The notes under the pieces: generated by a model
The model's database searches: none
Told to the model about the DNA's origin: nothing
What the model saw: the letters and a program-made list of their open reading frames with translations, nothing else
In this document: positions 31,361-44,404 of the stretch, piece after piece
Position numbering within the stretch: the stretch's first letter is position 1
How the letters are laid out: every line of letters starts with the position of its first letter
Translations under genes and position numbers: made by a program
Assembly (NCBI GenBank): GCA_002269645.1
Contig: NIVC01000404.1
Coordinates: forward strand, 1 to 64,000
Origin: Macrostomum lignano
Taxonomy: Eukaryota
Direction: 5' to 3'
DNA length: 64,000 nt

Positions 31361-31670
31361 TTGTGAAGTTTAATGTTGTGAATTTTAGGGTTTGCGGAGG
31401 TCGGGGTTTGTGAAGTTTAATGCTGTGAATTTTAGGGTTTGTGGAGGTTGGGGTTCGTGAAGTTTAATGCTGTGAATTTTAGGGTTTGTGGAGGTTGGGG
31501 TTTGTGAAGTTTAATGCTGTGAATTTTAGGGTTTGCGGAGGTCGGGGTTTGTGAAGTTTAATGCTGTGAATTTTAGGGTTTGTGGAGGTTGGGGTTTGTG
31601 AAGTTTAATGCTGTGAATTTTAGGGTTTGTGGAGGTTGGGGTTTTTGAAATTCAGAGTTGTGAATTTTGG
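31361..31670. repeat. 47-bp minisatellite (TTTGTGAAGTTTAATGCTGTGAATTTTAGGGTTTGYGGAGGTYGGGG), about 6 copies
   Basis: Period of 47 bp seen directly. Confidence 0.93.
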
Positions 31671-32418
31671 GGTTTTAAATGTAAGTGTTGTGATGATAGA
31701 GTCCTTTTATGGTATAATTTATAAGAAAAAATATGGTATTAACTATATATTAATATACTTACCCTTATAGTCTTTCAGCACGATTCAAATAATGATGTCC
31801 ATCTTCGTTATAATTTGCTGGGACTTTATTATAACTTACATGTAATTACGAGTATATACGAGAATTATCGATACAAATTAAAAGAGAATGGATGAGGCGA
31901 AGACTTCTATGTTATAGAAGCCGAACACAATTAGATGCATATGAGCTGTAGCGAGAGGCGAGTGGAAATAATGCAATTTATGCATTTTTATGTACTCGTA
32001 GTGTACTAACTGGAACTAGCCTTGAGAATTAGCCTGTTGGCTACGGCGGGCTGAGAATTGAGAGCAGAGAGGGAGAGAGAAGTAAGAGAAAGCCCAAACC
32101 CAAACAAGCCCCCACCAGCATTCGAGATAGAGCAAGAGAGGGAGAGAGAAGGCGAAAAGAAAATTAATGGAGACGGGCCAACAAAAAATATTATAACCGA
32201 CCGGAATTGGTTTAGTTTTCACCCGGGGTGGACCACACACGCACACAAGCTGACTGGCTGTGACTAAAGCAGAACTCCTGATACGAGCCCCGAATGCTCG
32301 TACGCCCTCTATGGGTGTTTTGCTAAAATGCATGCATGCAATAAATCAAAGTTGTGAGTCTCTATAATACCTGTACTTAATATTATATAATATTACAATA
32401 ATAGCATCATTTGCATCG

Positions 32419-33451
32419 GACACCCTGTCTGTCAGACCATGTGACACACCGGATTTCAGATCATCTGACACCCCGGATTTCAGACCATCTGACACCTCAG
32501 ATATCAGACCATGTGACACCCCGGATTTCAGACCATGTGACACCCCGGATTTCAGATCATCTGACACCCCGGATTTCAGACCATCTGACACCTCAGATAT
32601 CAGACCATGTGACACCCCGGATTTCAGACCATGTGACACCCCGGATTTCAGATCATCTGACACCCCGGATTTCAGACCATCTGACACCCCGGATTTCAGA
32701 CCATCTGACACCCCGGATTTCAGACCATCTGACACCCCGGATTTCAGACCATCTGACACCCGGCTCTTAGACCATCTGACACCCCGGCTCTTAGACCATC
32801 TGACACCTCAGATATCAGACCATGTGACACCCCGGCTCTTAGACCATCTGACACCTCAGATATCAGACCATGTGACACCCCGGATTTCAGACCATCTGAC
32901 ACCCCGGCTCTTAGACCATCTGACACCCCGGATTTCAGACCATCTGACACCCCGGCTCTTAGACCATCTGACACCCCGGATTTCAGACCATCTGACACCC
33001 CGGCTCTTAGACCATCTGACACCCCGGCTCTTAGACCATCTGACACCCCAGATATCAGACTATGTGACACCCCGGATTTCAGACCATCTGACACCCCGAA
33101 TTTCAGACCATCTGACACCCCAGATATCAGACTATGTGACACCCCGGATTTCAGACCATCTGACACCCCGGATTTCAGACCATCTGACACCCCAGATATC
33201 AGACTATGTGACACCCCGGATTTCAGACCATCTGACACCCCGGATTTCAGACCATCTGACACCCCGGATTTCAGACTATGTGACACCCCGGATTTCAGAC
33301 CATCTGACACCCCGGATTTCAGACCATCTGACACCCCGGATTTCAGACCATCTGACACCCCGGATTTCAGACCATCTGACACCCCGGATTTCAGACCATC
33401 TGACACCCCGGATTTCAGACCATCTGACACCCCAGCTTTCAGACTATCTGA
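32419..33451. repeat. 24-bp minisatellite TCAGACCATCTGACACCCCGGATT, about 43 copies
   Basis: Period of 24 bp. It explains the SDGLKSGV ORFs. Confidence 0.97.
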
Positions 33452-33832
33452 CATTGATATCCAAAAAGTTTATTTGATTTGATGATTGCATAGAAATTCA
33501 GCCAATTAACTTGAGGGAACTCGCAAAGGACTGTTGAGTATGTAAATTTGATGATGGCTTTCGATGGCTGTGGCAGTGACGGGCATAAAGTGTCAGTATT
33601 GATTCTTAAGCTAGAGAAATTTAGTTCACAGACTAAAATAAATTGAAGCACAGCTACAGAAGATGCTGCTGTTTGCAAAGAGGCATTTTCATGCAAGACA
33701 GAAAATTTGAGTGACAGTTTAGAGTGACTCCACACAGACAGAACAGAGTGTGGGTAAACTTGGAACCGCTCGACCGTTGAGGTTGAATCGCTTGAATGCT
33801 TTATAAACCTGAGTTCAGTTGCGGTGCCTGGG

Positions 33833-34735
33833 GGTAGCTGAGGTATCTGGAGTGTAGCTGAGGTATCTGGGGTGTAGCTGAGATATCTGGGGTGTAGCTG
33901 AGGTATCTGGGGTGTAGCTGAGGTATCTGGGGTGTAGCTGAGGTATCTGGGGTGTAGCTGAGGTATCTGGGGTGTAGCTGAGGTATCTGGGGTGTAGCTG
34001 AGGTATCTGGAGTGTAGCTGAGGACTGAGGTATCTGAAAGGTAGCTGAGGTATATATCGGGTGTAGCTGAGGTATCTGGGGTGTAGCTGAGGTATCTGGG
34101 GTGTAGCTGAGGTATCTCGGGTGTAGCTGAGGTATCTCGGGTGTAGCTGAGATATCTGGGATGTAGCTGAGGACTGAGGTATCTGAAAGGTAGCTGAGGT
34201 ATCTGCAGCGTAGCTGAGGTATCTGCAGCGTAGCTGAGGTATCTGCAGCGTAGCTGAGGCATCTGAAGGGTAGCTGAGGCATCTGAAGGGTAGCTGAGGC
34301 ATCTGAAGGGTAGCTGAGGCATCTGAAGGGTAGCTGAGGCATCTGAAGGGTAGCTGAGGCATCTGAAGGGTAGCTGAGGCATCTGAAGGGTAGCTGAGGC
34401 ATCTGAAGGGTAGCTGAGGCATCTGAAGGGTAGCTGAGGCATCTGAAGGGTAGCTGAGGCATCTGAAGGGTAGCTGAGGCATCTGAAGGGTAGCTGAGGC
34501 ATCTGAAGGGTAGCTGAGGCATCTGAAGGGTAGCTGAGGCATCTGAAGGGTAGCTGAGGCATCTGAAGGGTAGCTGAGGCATCTGAAGGGTAGCTGAGGC
34601 ATCTGAAGGGTAGCTGAGGCATCTGAAGGGTAGCTGAGGCATCTGAATAGTATAGCCGAAGGCATCTGAAGGTTAGCTGAGGTAACTGAAGGTTAGCTGA
34701 GGTATCTGCAGCGTAGCTGAGGTATCTATGGTCTA
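33833..34735. repeat. 20-bp minisatellite in two sub-domains (GTGTAGCTGAGGTATCTGGG then GTAGCTGAGGCATCTGAAGG)
   Basis: Period of 20 bp, with a variant switch around 34200-34260. Confidence 0.97.
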
Positions 34736-36894
34736 ACCCGAGGTACATGTATCTGGGTGTAGTTGAAGTACCACTGGGACATAGTCTAATATTTTTTCCA
34801 TATGCCAGTTAGGTGGACATACATTTTTCAGCAAGTTGTGTGTGGGTGCGGCTCTTTTGCATGCATAGCTTATTGCCAGCACGCGAGGATGCGATACAAT
34901 CTGGGTGCAATTCAATATGAGTCACCAACTAGACATGTAGTTACTACTGGGCACGAAATCTGCCCAATACACTTTATGCATGCATGGTCTGAGTCTGAGT
35001 ATCCATATGAGAATACGAGCGTAGAAAGTGCAGCGAATGCAGCGAGAGGAAGAAACCTTAAACACTTACATTGTAAGCCATTTTTGTCCTTATATAAGGA
35101 AAAGTAATTTACGGCGAAATTGCCTAGCTAGTTCACCTCGTGAAAAATTTATATAGACTCTCAGATATTTCCTTTCTCCATTTCCTTCTCTCTCCCCCCG
35201 GGTGATCACAATACGCGCCTCCCTAGTCGATGGCTGGCCCATTTTAAATGAGCTGAGCAGGCACGCACTTAGACGATCTATAAATTAGGATTCGTGATCA
35301 ATTGATAAAGCAGCTGCATACAGTATACGTGTAAATGCTCCTGACTGAAGAACGTCCTTGATCGCGGATTTTCTTATCGTCGTTGGAGGCCGGACGAGAC
35401 ACGCGCGCAAATGCGCGTGCTCTTTTTGGGAGTGGCGCGGATTAAATTATGCATGCGTTTAGCTAAGACGATCGGTGGGAGGTGGGTAGCGTATGCATGG
35501 TTCCTGCATCAATCGTTAATGGAGCAGTTGAGTTTGAAGATTTGTTTTCATTTGCTAGAACCTATGAAGTTCTGTGCATCATTAATTACGATACTATAGC
35601 ACATCATAAACTACACATTATTGAATGTACGTGCTAATTTTAGACCTTGTAATAAATGAAAAATATTAACAGCTAATTAGAACTTTCATGAACTTCATAC
35701 GTATTTTCCATGAAAATGATGGAGTCGAGTGACGCATTACATGCGTAGACTGGCGCAAAACTATATGCTTGCAACAAAGTTCTCCAGCATTTTAAAGAGT
35801 TACAATTCTCTAGGAGTGGGCTAGTGGGACCTTAAAATAGTACTAGAGCATTTATTTTTCACATAAATGTATGCACACAGAAATTAATGCACAAAAATAC
35901 TGGCTAGTAAATGGCAATTGGAATAAAATAGGCCTTTTGGTGCTCATTTGGTCGTTGAACCACTTTTACTGCAATGAATATGCTTTGGAAGAAAAGAATT
36001 TGCCAGTCCGACCGATTAAATATGTTAAAAGCTTTTGTTATAACCTTTTGACTTAGTATGTACTCTAGTTACTACATTGTCGCGTGCTTTTAAACTTGAA
36101 ACTTTCCAAGAAAACACGGTCAGTTTTGTTCACGACTGGTTGTTATTTCTTTCTAGACCGCTTTCTGGCACACACACAATATGTTTGTAACTCGATCCCA
36201 CTACAGCTAATCACAACTTGTTTTAGGAGGTTGTCTATAAAGCTTTGCAAAACTTGTCACTATAGAAACACTAGACTAAGGTTTTCACACAATGTATCAA
36301 CGATGTCTATAATGTCTATCCTAGAACTTACCCAGGAGTCCGCCCAGGACTAGGCTATTCTATACTATCTATACTATACCTATACTGTAGTTGTCAACCA
36401 AACTTAATAACTATTTACATTGTGCTTTACCTAGTAATTTTTTTGTAATAGCTACAAAAAAACCTTTGAAGTCTAAAGATAAAGAACAGTAATTTATTAC
36501 TAATCAGATTAACAATTAAAAGAATACAAATTCAACTTTTAAAGCTACTTAGCTAGTTTTTTTAAATATTGTTTATAAAGAATTGTAATTTTTAGTTAGT
36601 TCTATTTATTAATATTTAGCATAGATTATGCCATGTAATCTAATATCTTAGTACCTGCTATAAGCTTAAAATAGTTTTTTGGTTGATTATACTCAATTTG
36701 GGTTGTAAATAGCATTTTGGGACACTGAATTTAGTATAATTTTATAATTGAATAACTTGTAAAAATCAAAATAAGCTTTAAGTTTAATTAACAATATTAA
36801 TATTAAAAATGTCTTACATTGCTAGTCTTTTGGATTATATGATAAATCTAATCTCTTAATAAATGGAATAAAAATATCTAAACAAGAAATATTT

Positions 36895-37055
36895 CTGTGG
36901 TGGATCCAGAATTTTTTAAGTAAGGGGGTGGATTGGCCTAGGTTTTTGGGTTGGCCCAAAATAAGCCCAAAATAAACTTGAATTTATATTTCCCAGCCTT
37001 TATTTGCAAGTCTAGCCACAGAAAAAGAGGTTTATAGGCCTTAGATCTGCCACTG
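36895..37055. mobile_element. Degenerate 161-bp hAT-like MITE
   Basis: Left end CTGTGGTGGATCCA pairs with right end TAGATCTGCCACTG (reverse complement CAGTGGCAGATCTA). Flanks AAATATTT and GAATATTT match at 7 of 8 positions. Confidence 0.55.
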
Positions 37056-37896
37056 GAATATTTATCTAGGCTATATTGTAATTGCCCATTATCATAGAAT
37101 AAATTAACCAATTATAGTAAAAGCCATAGTAAATAAATTTTTTGTGCATCTATTAAACAAATCAATCCCTAGATCCAAAAATCTGTACTTTATATTTGGT
37201 CTATAAAAATTGGATTCTAACAATAAAACCTATCCTAGAATTTTATCAGAAAAATGTAAGATTCATAGATCAGAGCAGGACTCGAAAGTGGCTGCTTCTA
37301 GTTTGAAAATTTTGCTGCAATACTTTTAAAAGTTGGTCTTTACCATAGACAAATTTCATGCTTCTACGTCTCGTGGATTCTACTCAGGCTAAAGACTTTC
37401 TGAGTGACCCTCGTATAGGATTCTGGGAATTTCTGATGCAATCAGGTCTGAATTAAGTCAATAAAAGTACCAGTACATCTGAAGGTCATTTGTGGTATAT
37501 CAAATGCTATGTACGGACTCTATGAAGGTTCTTTGGAGTTTGAAATGTACTCAATTGCCAGTCTTGCTATTTTAGTTGCTAAAAATAGATTAGAACATAT
37601 ATGCTCATTACCTAAAATGGGCTCTTATCTCTGCTGGGCAGCCTGAGCTTCAATATCAAAATTTCACAAGCCCCAGCTGTCAGTGTCTTTAGTAGTGTAC
37701 TTTGTACTCGCAAAACACTGCATGCAGGGCTGGTTGAATTCGCGGGCACTTAGTTAAGGCTTTTTCTCTCTCTCCTCCGTTCAAAGGTTGAATATTGGAG
37801 GTGTTTTTTATGTAAAAAACCCAGACTATTTTAAAGTGGCACCACTTCTTTTAAAAAAAACAGCACTTGGTCGTACTCTAGCGGAGTTGCATAGTT

Positions 37897-38231
37897 CATG
37901 GAGTCGGCAAACCTTTTTTAACTCGAAGGCCAGAGGAGAGGAGAGGAGAGAAGAGGAGAGGAGAGGAGAGCCGAGGAGAGAAGAGGAGAGGAGAAGATAT
38001 GAGATGAGAGGAGAGAAGAGGGAAGGAAAGGAGAGGAGAGGAGAGGAGAGGAGAAGAGAGGAGGGGAGAGGAGAAGAGAGAGGTGAGAAGAGAGGAGAGC
38101 TGAGAAGAGACACAAACCTTAAGCGGGCCGAATTGTTATTGTAAAGTTTCAAAGGACCCGAGGTCTGGACAGAGAGGCCAGTCAGTTTGTTATCCAGCTC
38201 GTGAGTTCGCAGGAGACTTTACAGGCCACTG
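37897..38231. mobile_element. Decayed second copy of the hAT MITE family at 46338-47416, with an internal (AGGAG)n-type purine tract
   Basis: Left end CATGGAGTCGGCAAAC. Segment 38100-38178 aligns with 47290-47370 (AGCGGGCCG...AAGTTTC.AAGGACCCGAG...AGAGAGGC). The TSD is not preserved. Confidence 0.6.
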
Positions 38232-38364
38232 TCGCGAATCACAGGCGCTCGAGGAAGCAGAACAGTCACGTCAGTTCTAGCTGAACCCTCAGAACGCACA
38301 TAAATACTGTACTTACTCGTATGTAGGCACACACACGCTCACCTATGGTGTACAGCAGTCCTGA

Positions 38365-39350
38365 ACTTTCTTGATTTCAAGGTCAATTAAGGAAACTTTC
38401 CCAGATCGATTTCAAGGTCATTTATGGAAATTTTTTGATTGATTTCAAGGTCATTTAAGGAAACTTCCCAGGTCGATTTTAAGGTCATTTAGGGAAACTT
38501 TCCGAGATCGAATTCAAGGTCATTTAGAAAATTTGCCTAGTATTATTTAACTTTTTGTTTTAACCTTCAGAATTTCGTCTATCAACCAAGCGGTGCCCAC
38601 AATGTGGGAGCCTTTGACTTGCTTACGGAATGCGGCAGGTCGGGCGTTCTAGCTAGGATCTACTATCCAACAGAAACCCAGGTGGAGAACGGGCATCGGT
38701 ACACTGAGCCTGAGTACGTTCACGGTCTGTTGGACTTTCTACATTGGAGTCGCTGGTTGCGCGGCTTCTTTGCTTGGGCGGCAAGTCGGCTGCGACTCTG
38801 TTGCGCCTGGCATGCGCCATTGATCGGAGCTGACGATAATAACGATTGGGTGAAGCTGGAACAGTCGAGTAAGTTAGGCGAGCGAGACTGTCGTTTGTAA
38901 TTATCAAGGTCATTTTAGAAAGCACTTTTCTAGATTTATTTCGAGGTTGATTGGTTGATTTCAAGGTCGTTTAATTTCAAACTCTTCTACTGTACATTAA
39001 TGTCAAGGTCATGCATTTAGAGACCCCCTCCAGATTGCTTTCAAGGTCATTTATAGGAAACCCCCCCTGATTGATTTCAGGGTCGTTTGGGAAACCCCCC
39101 AGATTGATTTCGAGGTTTTTTATGAGAACGTACGCCTCCAGATTGATTTCAAGGTCATTTAGGAAATCTTTCCCAGATTAGTTTCAAGTTCATTTAGGAA
39201 ACCCCCCCAGATTGATTTCAAGGTCATTTGAGAAACCCCCAGATTGATTTCAAGTTTTTTTATGAGAACGTACATTCGGTACATGTACGCCTCCAGATTG
39301 ATTTCAAGGTCGTTTAGGAAATCTTTCCCAGATTGGTTTCAAGGTCATTA
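38365..39350. repeat. Degenerate ~33-40-bp repeats (GATTGATTTCAAGGTCATTTAGGAAA) flanking the first visible PAF-AH exon on both sides
   Basis: Same motif recurs at 38365-38530 and 38900-39350. Confidence 0.8.
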
Positions 39351-42300
39351 TTTTCACTCCTTGCCTCTAAAAGCAGAACCAGCAGATGCGGAAACATCGC
39401 CGAGCAATCAAGAGCAGCAACCACAGAAGCAGCAGAAACAACGCCTACCCATGATAATATTTTCACACGGCCTGGGCGGTCAAAGACATGTGTACTCGGC
39501 GATCTGTCTGGACTTGGCATCTCACGGCTTCATAGTTGCCTCAGTTGAGCACAGGGACGGGTCTGGCTCTTGCAGCTTCTTCCTACCAGAAGCTGTAAGC
39601 GCCAGCTACGACGGCGATAGCGTCGATGCGGAAGCGACAACGACAACTGTAACCGACAAAGTCGAGTTGAAGAGGCTCAGAAAGCAGCAGGAAGAGCAGA
39701 GAGTCTGGCTGCACTATGAGAAGCATGTTTTAAGCGATTATCCTTATAGAAACAAGCAGGTTCGGCATCGGGCTGCTGAAGCCATTCAGCTGACTGACAC
39801 GATGCTGAGGCTGCACAAAGGTCAGGCAGTCAGCAATTGGATGCCAGGCTGTAGGGGAAAACAGTTCGACTGGTTGTTGGTCCAGTTTAAGGTGAGACTT
39901 CTGGCTAGTAACAGAGAATTGGTTTGGGGCCTGAAGCTGCCAAATCTCTCAAATTAATGTACTTGAAAGCCAAATTGGTGGCACTAGTAACTAGATCAAT
40001 GACCATGGCAACCAATTCGGTGACCCTAGCAACCAATTCAATGACCAAAGCAACCAATTCAGTGACCCTAGCAACCAATTCAATGACCATAGCAACCAAT
40101 TCAGTGACCATAGCAACCAATTCGGTGACCCTAGCAACCAATTCAATGACCATAGCAACCAACCAATTCAGTTACCCTAGCAACCAATTCAATGACCATA
40201 GCAACCAATTTAGTGACCCTAGCAACCAATTCAATGACCATAGCAACCAATTCAGTGACCATAGCAACAAATTCAGTGACCCTAGCAACAAAACCAGTGG
40301 CCATAGCAATCGATTCCGTGACCCTAGAAACCAAATCAATGACCATAGCAACCAATTCGGTGGCCCTAGCAACCAAATTAATGCCGTAGCAACTAAATCA
40401 ATGCCCCTAACAACTAATTCGTTGACCCTGGCAAATAGGACGACACCCGTAAGGCCTCTTAAGATGTCGCATATGCTAAAAATATCAACCCTAAAATGTT
40501 AAGATGTACGTTAACCAGGTGTCAAATCCTACAACAATGTACCAATCACAACTTGTCATTATATTCGAATTCTTCAGGATCGAATAGACACGAATCGAAT
40601 TCACATCATGGGCCATTCGTTCGGCGCGGCCACGGCTCTCACAGCCGCTATCACAGCGCCGGAGGGACTCTATCAGTGAGTGGCAGCCCTATAATCCAAT
40701 CAATTGAATAGAAAAAAGTGACTAATTTGTCTACTTATTAGAGTAAATTGCGCATTCACCGTAAAAGTAACTTTTTCTCAAAAAAATTTTTACTTTAAAC
40801 TCAGAACCTGCTCTCTACACGATGTATGGATGCATCCAGTGGATCCCGAGCTGTATAGGAAGCTCAAAGTCCCTGTGCTATTTCTGAATAATGAGCATTT
40901 TCACTGGGAGACTAACGTGGCCAGGGCTAGAGAGGTCCTGGAGTCGCCCGGTTTGAGTAAGGGAATGTCTACCGTTCTTACTATTCGGTGAGTTTATGGA
41001 AATCGTGTTTTGTTGTATTTGTCCCATCTCTAAGAGCCGCCCTTTTTTAATCCGCCTCTAGGAATCGCCCCTTTCTTAATCCGCCTCTAAGAATCGCCCC
41101 CTTTCTTAATCCACCCCCCTAAGAATCGCCCCTTTCTTAATCCGTCCCTAAGAACCGCCCCTTTCTTAATCCACCCCCCTAAGAATCGCCCCTTTCTTAA
41201 TCCGTCCCTAAGAACCGCCCCTTTCTTAATCCACCCCCCCCCCTAAGAATCGCCCCTTTCTTAATCCGCCTTTAAGAATCGCCCCTTTCTTAATCCGCCT
41301 CTAAGAACCGCCCCTGTCTTAATCCGCCTCTAAGAATCGCCCCTTTCTTAATCCGCCTCTAAGAACCGCCCCTTTCTTAATCCGCCTCTAAGAACCGCCC
41401 CTGTCTTAATCCGCCTCTAAGAACCGCCCCTGTCTTAATCCACCCCCCTAAGAATCGCCCCTTTCTTAATCCGTCCCTAAGAACCGCCCCTTTCTTAATC
41501 CACCCCCCTAAGAATCGCCCCTTTCTTAATCCGTCCCTAAGAACCGCCCCTTTCTTAATCCACCCCCCCCCCCTAAGAATCGCCCCTTTCTTAATCCGCC
41601 TCTAAGAACCGCCCCTGTCTTAATCCGCCTCTAAGAATCGCCCCCTTTCTTAATCCGCCTCTAAGAATCGCCCCCTTTCTTAATCCGCCTCTAAGAACCG
41701 CCCCTTTCTTAATCCGCCTCTAAGAACCGCCCCTGTCTTAATCCGTCTCTAAGAACCGCCCCATTCTTAATCCGCCTCTAAGAACCGCCCCATTCTTAAT
41801 CCGCCTTTAACAATCGCCCCTTTCTTAATCCGCCTCTAAGAATCGCCCCTTTCTTAATCCGCCTCTAAGAACCGCCCCATTCTTAATCCGCCTCTAAGAA
41901 CCGCCCCATTCTTAATCCGCCTCTAAGAACCGCCCCATTCTTAATCCGCCTCTAAGAATCGCCCCTTAATCCGCCTCTAAGAATCGCCCCTTTCTTAATC
42001 CGCCCCTTTCTTAATCCGCCCCGTAAGAATCGCCCCATTCTTAATCCGCCCCTAAGAATCGCCCCTAAGATTCGCCCCATTCTTAATCCGCCTCTAGAGG
42101 CTCCCCTTTCTTATTCCGCTCTAAGAACCGCCCTCTTTCTTAATCCGCCCCTGAAAATCGCCCTGTCTTAATCTTCCCCTAAGAACCGCCCCTTTCTTAC
42201 CGCCATCCCGCAGCGGCACCAACCATGCTGCCCAGTCAGACTCGGGTCTGTACGCGGCCTTCTGGCTCTCCAAGCGGATGGGCCTGACTCACGCCCTGGA

Positions 42301-42745
42301 GCCCAGGGAGGCCTTACAGCTGTCCTCGAGAGTCACCCAGCTGTTCATCGCCAGGCACGAAGGTAATAGCCTGTCTGTCTGTCTGTCTGCCTGTCTGTCT
42401 GTGTCCGTCTGTCTGCCTGTCTGTCTGTCTGTGTCCGTCTGTCTGTCTGTCTGACTGTCTGTCTGTCTGTCTGTCTGTCCGCCTGCCTGCCTGCCTGTCT
42501 GTCTGTCTGTCTGTCTGTCTGCCTGCCTGACTGTATGTCTGTCCGCCTGCCTGCCTGTCTGTCTGTCCGTCTGTCTGTCTTATAGCTGTCGACTGTGAAA
42601 GCTGATGCTTTTAATAAATGTTTCTAAACGCTTTCAAGGCCGCAGGCGACTGACCGAGGACGAGAACGAGCTGCTAAACGGCGACAGACCCGACGTCTGC
42701 TTTCCGGAATTCGCCTCTGTGCCCGACGAACCCAGGCACACGTAG
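38571..42745 (+). CDS. PLA2G7/PAFAH2: Platelet-activating factor acetylhydrolase (PLA2 group VII). Exons 38571-38868, 39377-39891, 40578-40675, 40805-40987, 42214-42362, 42639-42745; start exon not located
   Basis: Motifs PSGAHNVG, ARIYYP, PMIIFSHGLGG, LDLASHGFIVASVEHRDGSG, catalytic GHSFG (Ser), HDVWM (Asp) and GTNH (His). Splice phases 1,0,2,2,1 are consistent. Confidence 0.93.
39985..40430. repeat. 21-bp intronic minisatellite (AGCAACCAATTCARTGACCMT)
   Basis: Period of 21 bp, inside a PAF-AH intron. Confidence 0.95.
41026..42200. repeat. 29-bp intronic minisatellite (CTAAGAAYCGCCCCTTTCTTAATCCGCCT)
   Basis: Period of 29 bp. It fills almost the whole intron 40988-42213. Confidence 0.96.
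42371..42580. repeat. (CTGT/CTGC)n intronic microsatellite
   Basis: Directly visible. Confidence 0.95.
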
Positions 42746-44404
42746 CCAGCAAGCCTATAATTAAAGAAATAACACAACGCAATGCGCCTACTTATAGTAA
42801 GTAGCATACACTGCACGTATTGCTGACTATTGAGATACTGTTTTTCTCGTATTTTGGTAGCTTTTTCGTTTAAAAATCTACGAGTATTCAGCGGCGCTTA
42901 TCAAGGTATTTATTTTCTGTTCATTCTCCGTGTTGCCTTTCTCTACGAAATATTTTCACATGTTGTCGTTGAACCTCTTATAAACCAGAACTTGATTCGT
43001 TTATGCATGCATATTACGAGCTAATAAGTATAATCGAACGTTTGATATTTATTCTGTTAGTAAGGGACTGCTCGCAATACTAGTTCATTAGAGTAACTAG
43101 ATTTTAAATAATGTACTTGTTGGTGCGCTCTTTATTAAACCAAGAATATTTTAAAGAAAATTTAGGCTTTCTAGTTGTTTACACGACATATCGGGTTGTC
43201 CTCTTACTTAGACTTTGCTTGTTATCTATTAGCGGTAAGTCCATTGCAATCGATAGACTAACTGATTCTGCTCGTTTTGTTGACATTTACGTTCGTAATG
43301 TCAATATTATTGTGCTTAATTATTAATTGAGCTTTCAAATTTTAATTACTACTAAGGTACATGTTACATGTAATAGACTGCTTTTTCATTGCAAAATTGA
43401 TTGTAAATTGTAACCTTTCTATTGCTAGATTAAATTAATGCGTAACAACTTTTTGTGACCTTTTGTTGACATTTCAAAATATATAATATTTCTTATTTTT
43501 TACCGACATCACTACTGCTATAGTAGGCTTTTTCTTGGAAATTACAATAAAATACGGCTCGTATTTGTCTCAAAGCACCTTTTTATCGATTTTAAAAATG
43601 TGCATCCACTTTAAGTAGCTGTAAAGGACATGGGAATTAAAATTTGAAAAAAAACTGGTAAATGAACAAGTAACAAGCTTTTTTGAACTGCAATAAATGT
43701 TAGCAAAATTTGTGAATTTCAAGCAAAATGTTTCGGATTTGCTATTATTAATTGAATTTATATATTTAAAGTATAAATGCATTTATTTGTTTAAAATTCA
43801 AGGTTCTAAACCGCTGTGGTTGATGTCGATGCTTTTCATATATTAGAAACATTTTGTCCGACTAAAAATGATTACCAACATAGATTATATAAACAGATGC
43901 GATTAATTAAAAATGCATTACAAACCGCAAACAAATTTTACATGTACTATATACAAAACCACGACAAACTTTCATAAGCAACTAAAATTGTGTATATTAC
44001 TATAAGTACTACTATCTACTGCTACTACTACTACTACTAAAAGTAAATATTGGTTAGCTAGGTAAATTTAGAAAGCTATATAATCGATGAACATTGTGAC
44101 AGTAAATATAATGACACTGTATCGCACAATTAATTGGTCTTGAAAGACACGTAAGCACGAACTAAATTAATCTGCACGAGATTACTATCAAAAAGCTGCA
44201 TTACCTGCCCCGCTTATTGAAGCCCAGACATGACAGAAAGCCCAAATTTAGTTAATTTGAATAAAAGTAATTGTTCCGCTAGCACTGCGGACACAAGTGA
44301 AAAAAATAGAACAGCTGACAAATTCCAATGAGGCGCAGTGAAATGAAGGAGCACTTGATGAGTTTTTCTGAAACATTTTGCATGCTTCGACTTGCTACTT
44401 GGGC

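Noticed and set aside
31361-31670. Telomeric repeat (TTTAGGG)
   Set aside because: Only one motif per 47-bp unit, not a tandem telomere tract.
30074-34748. His/Tyr-rich, SDGLKSGV and PQLPFRCLSY repeat proteins
   Set aside because: Stop-free frames of 21-, 24- and 20-bp minisatellites, open on several frames and strands, with no splice or homology support.
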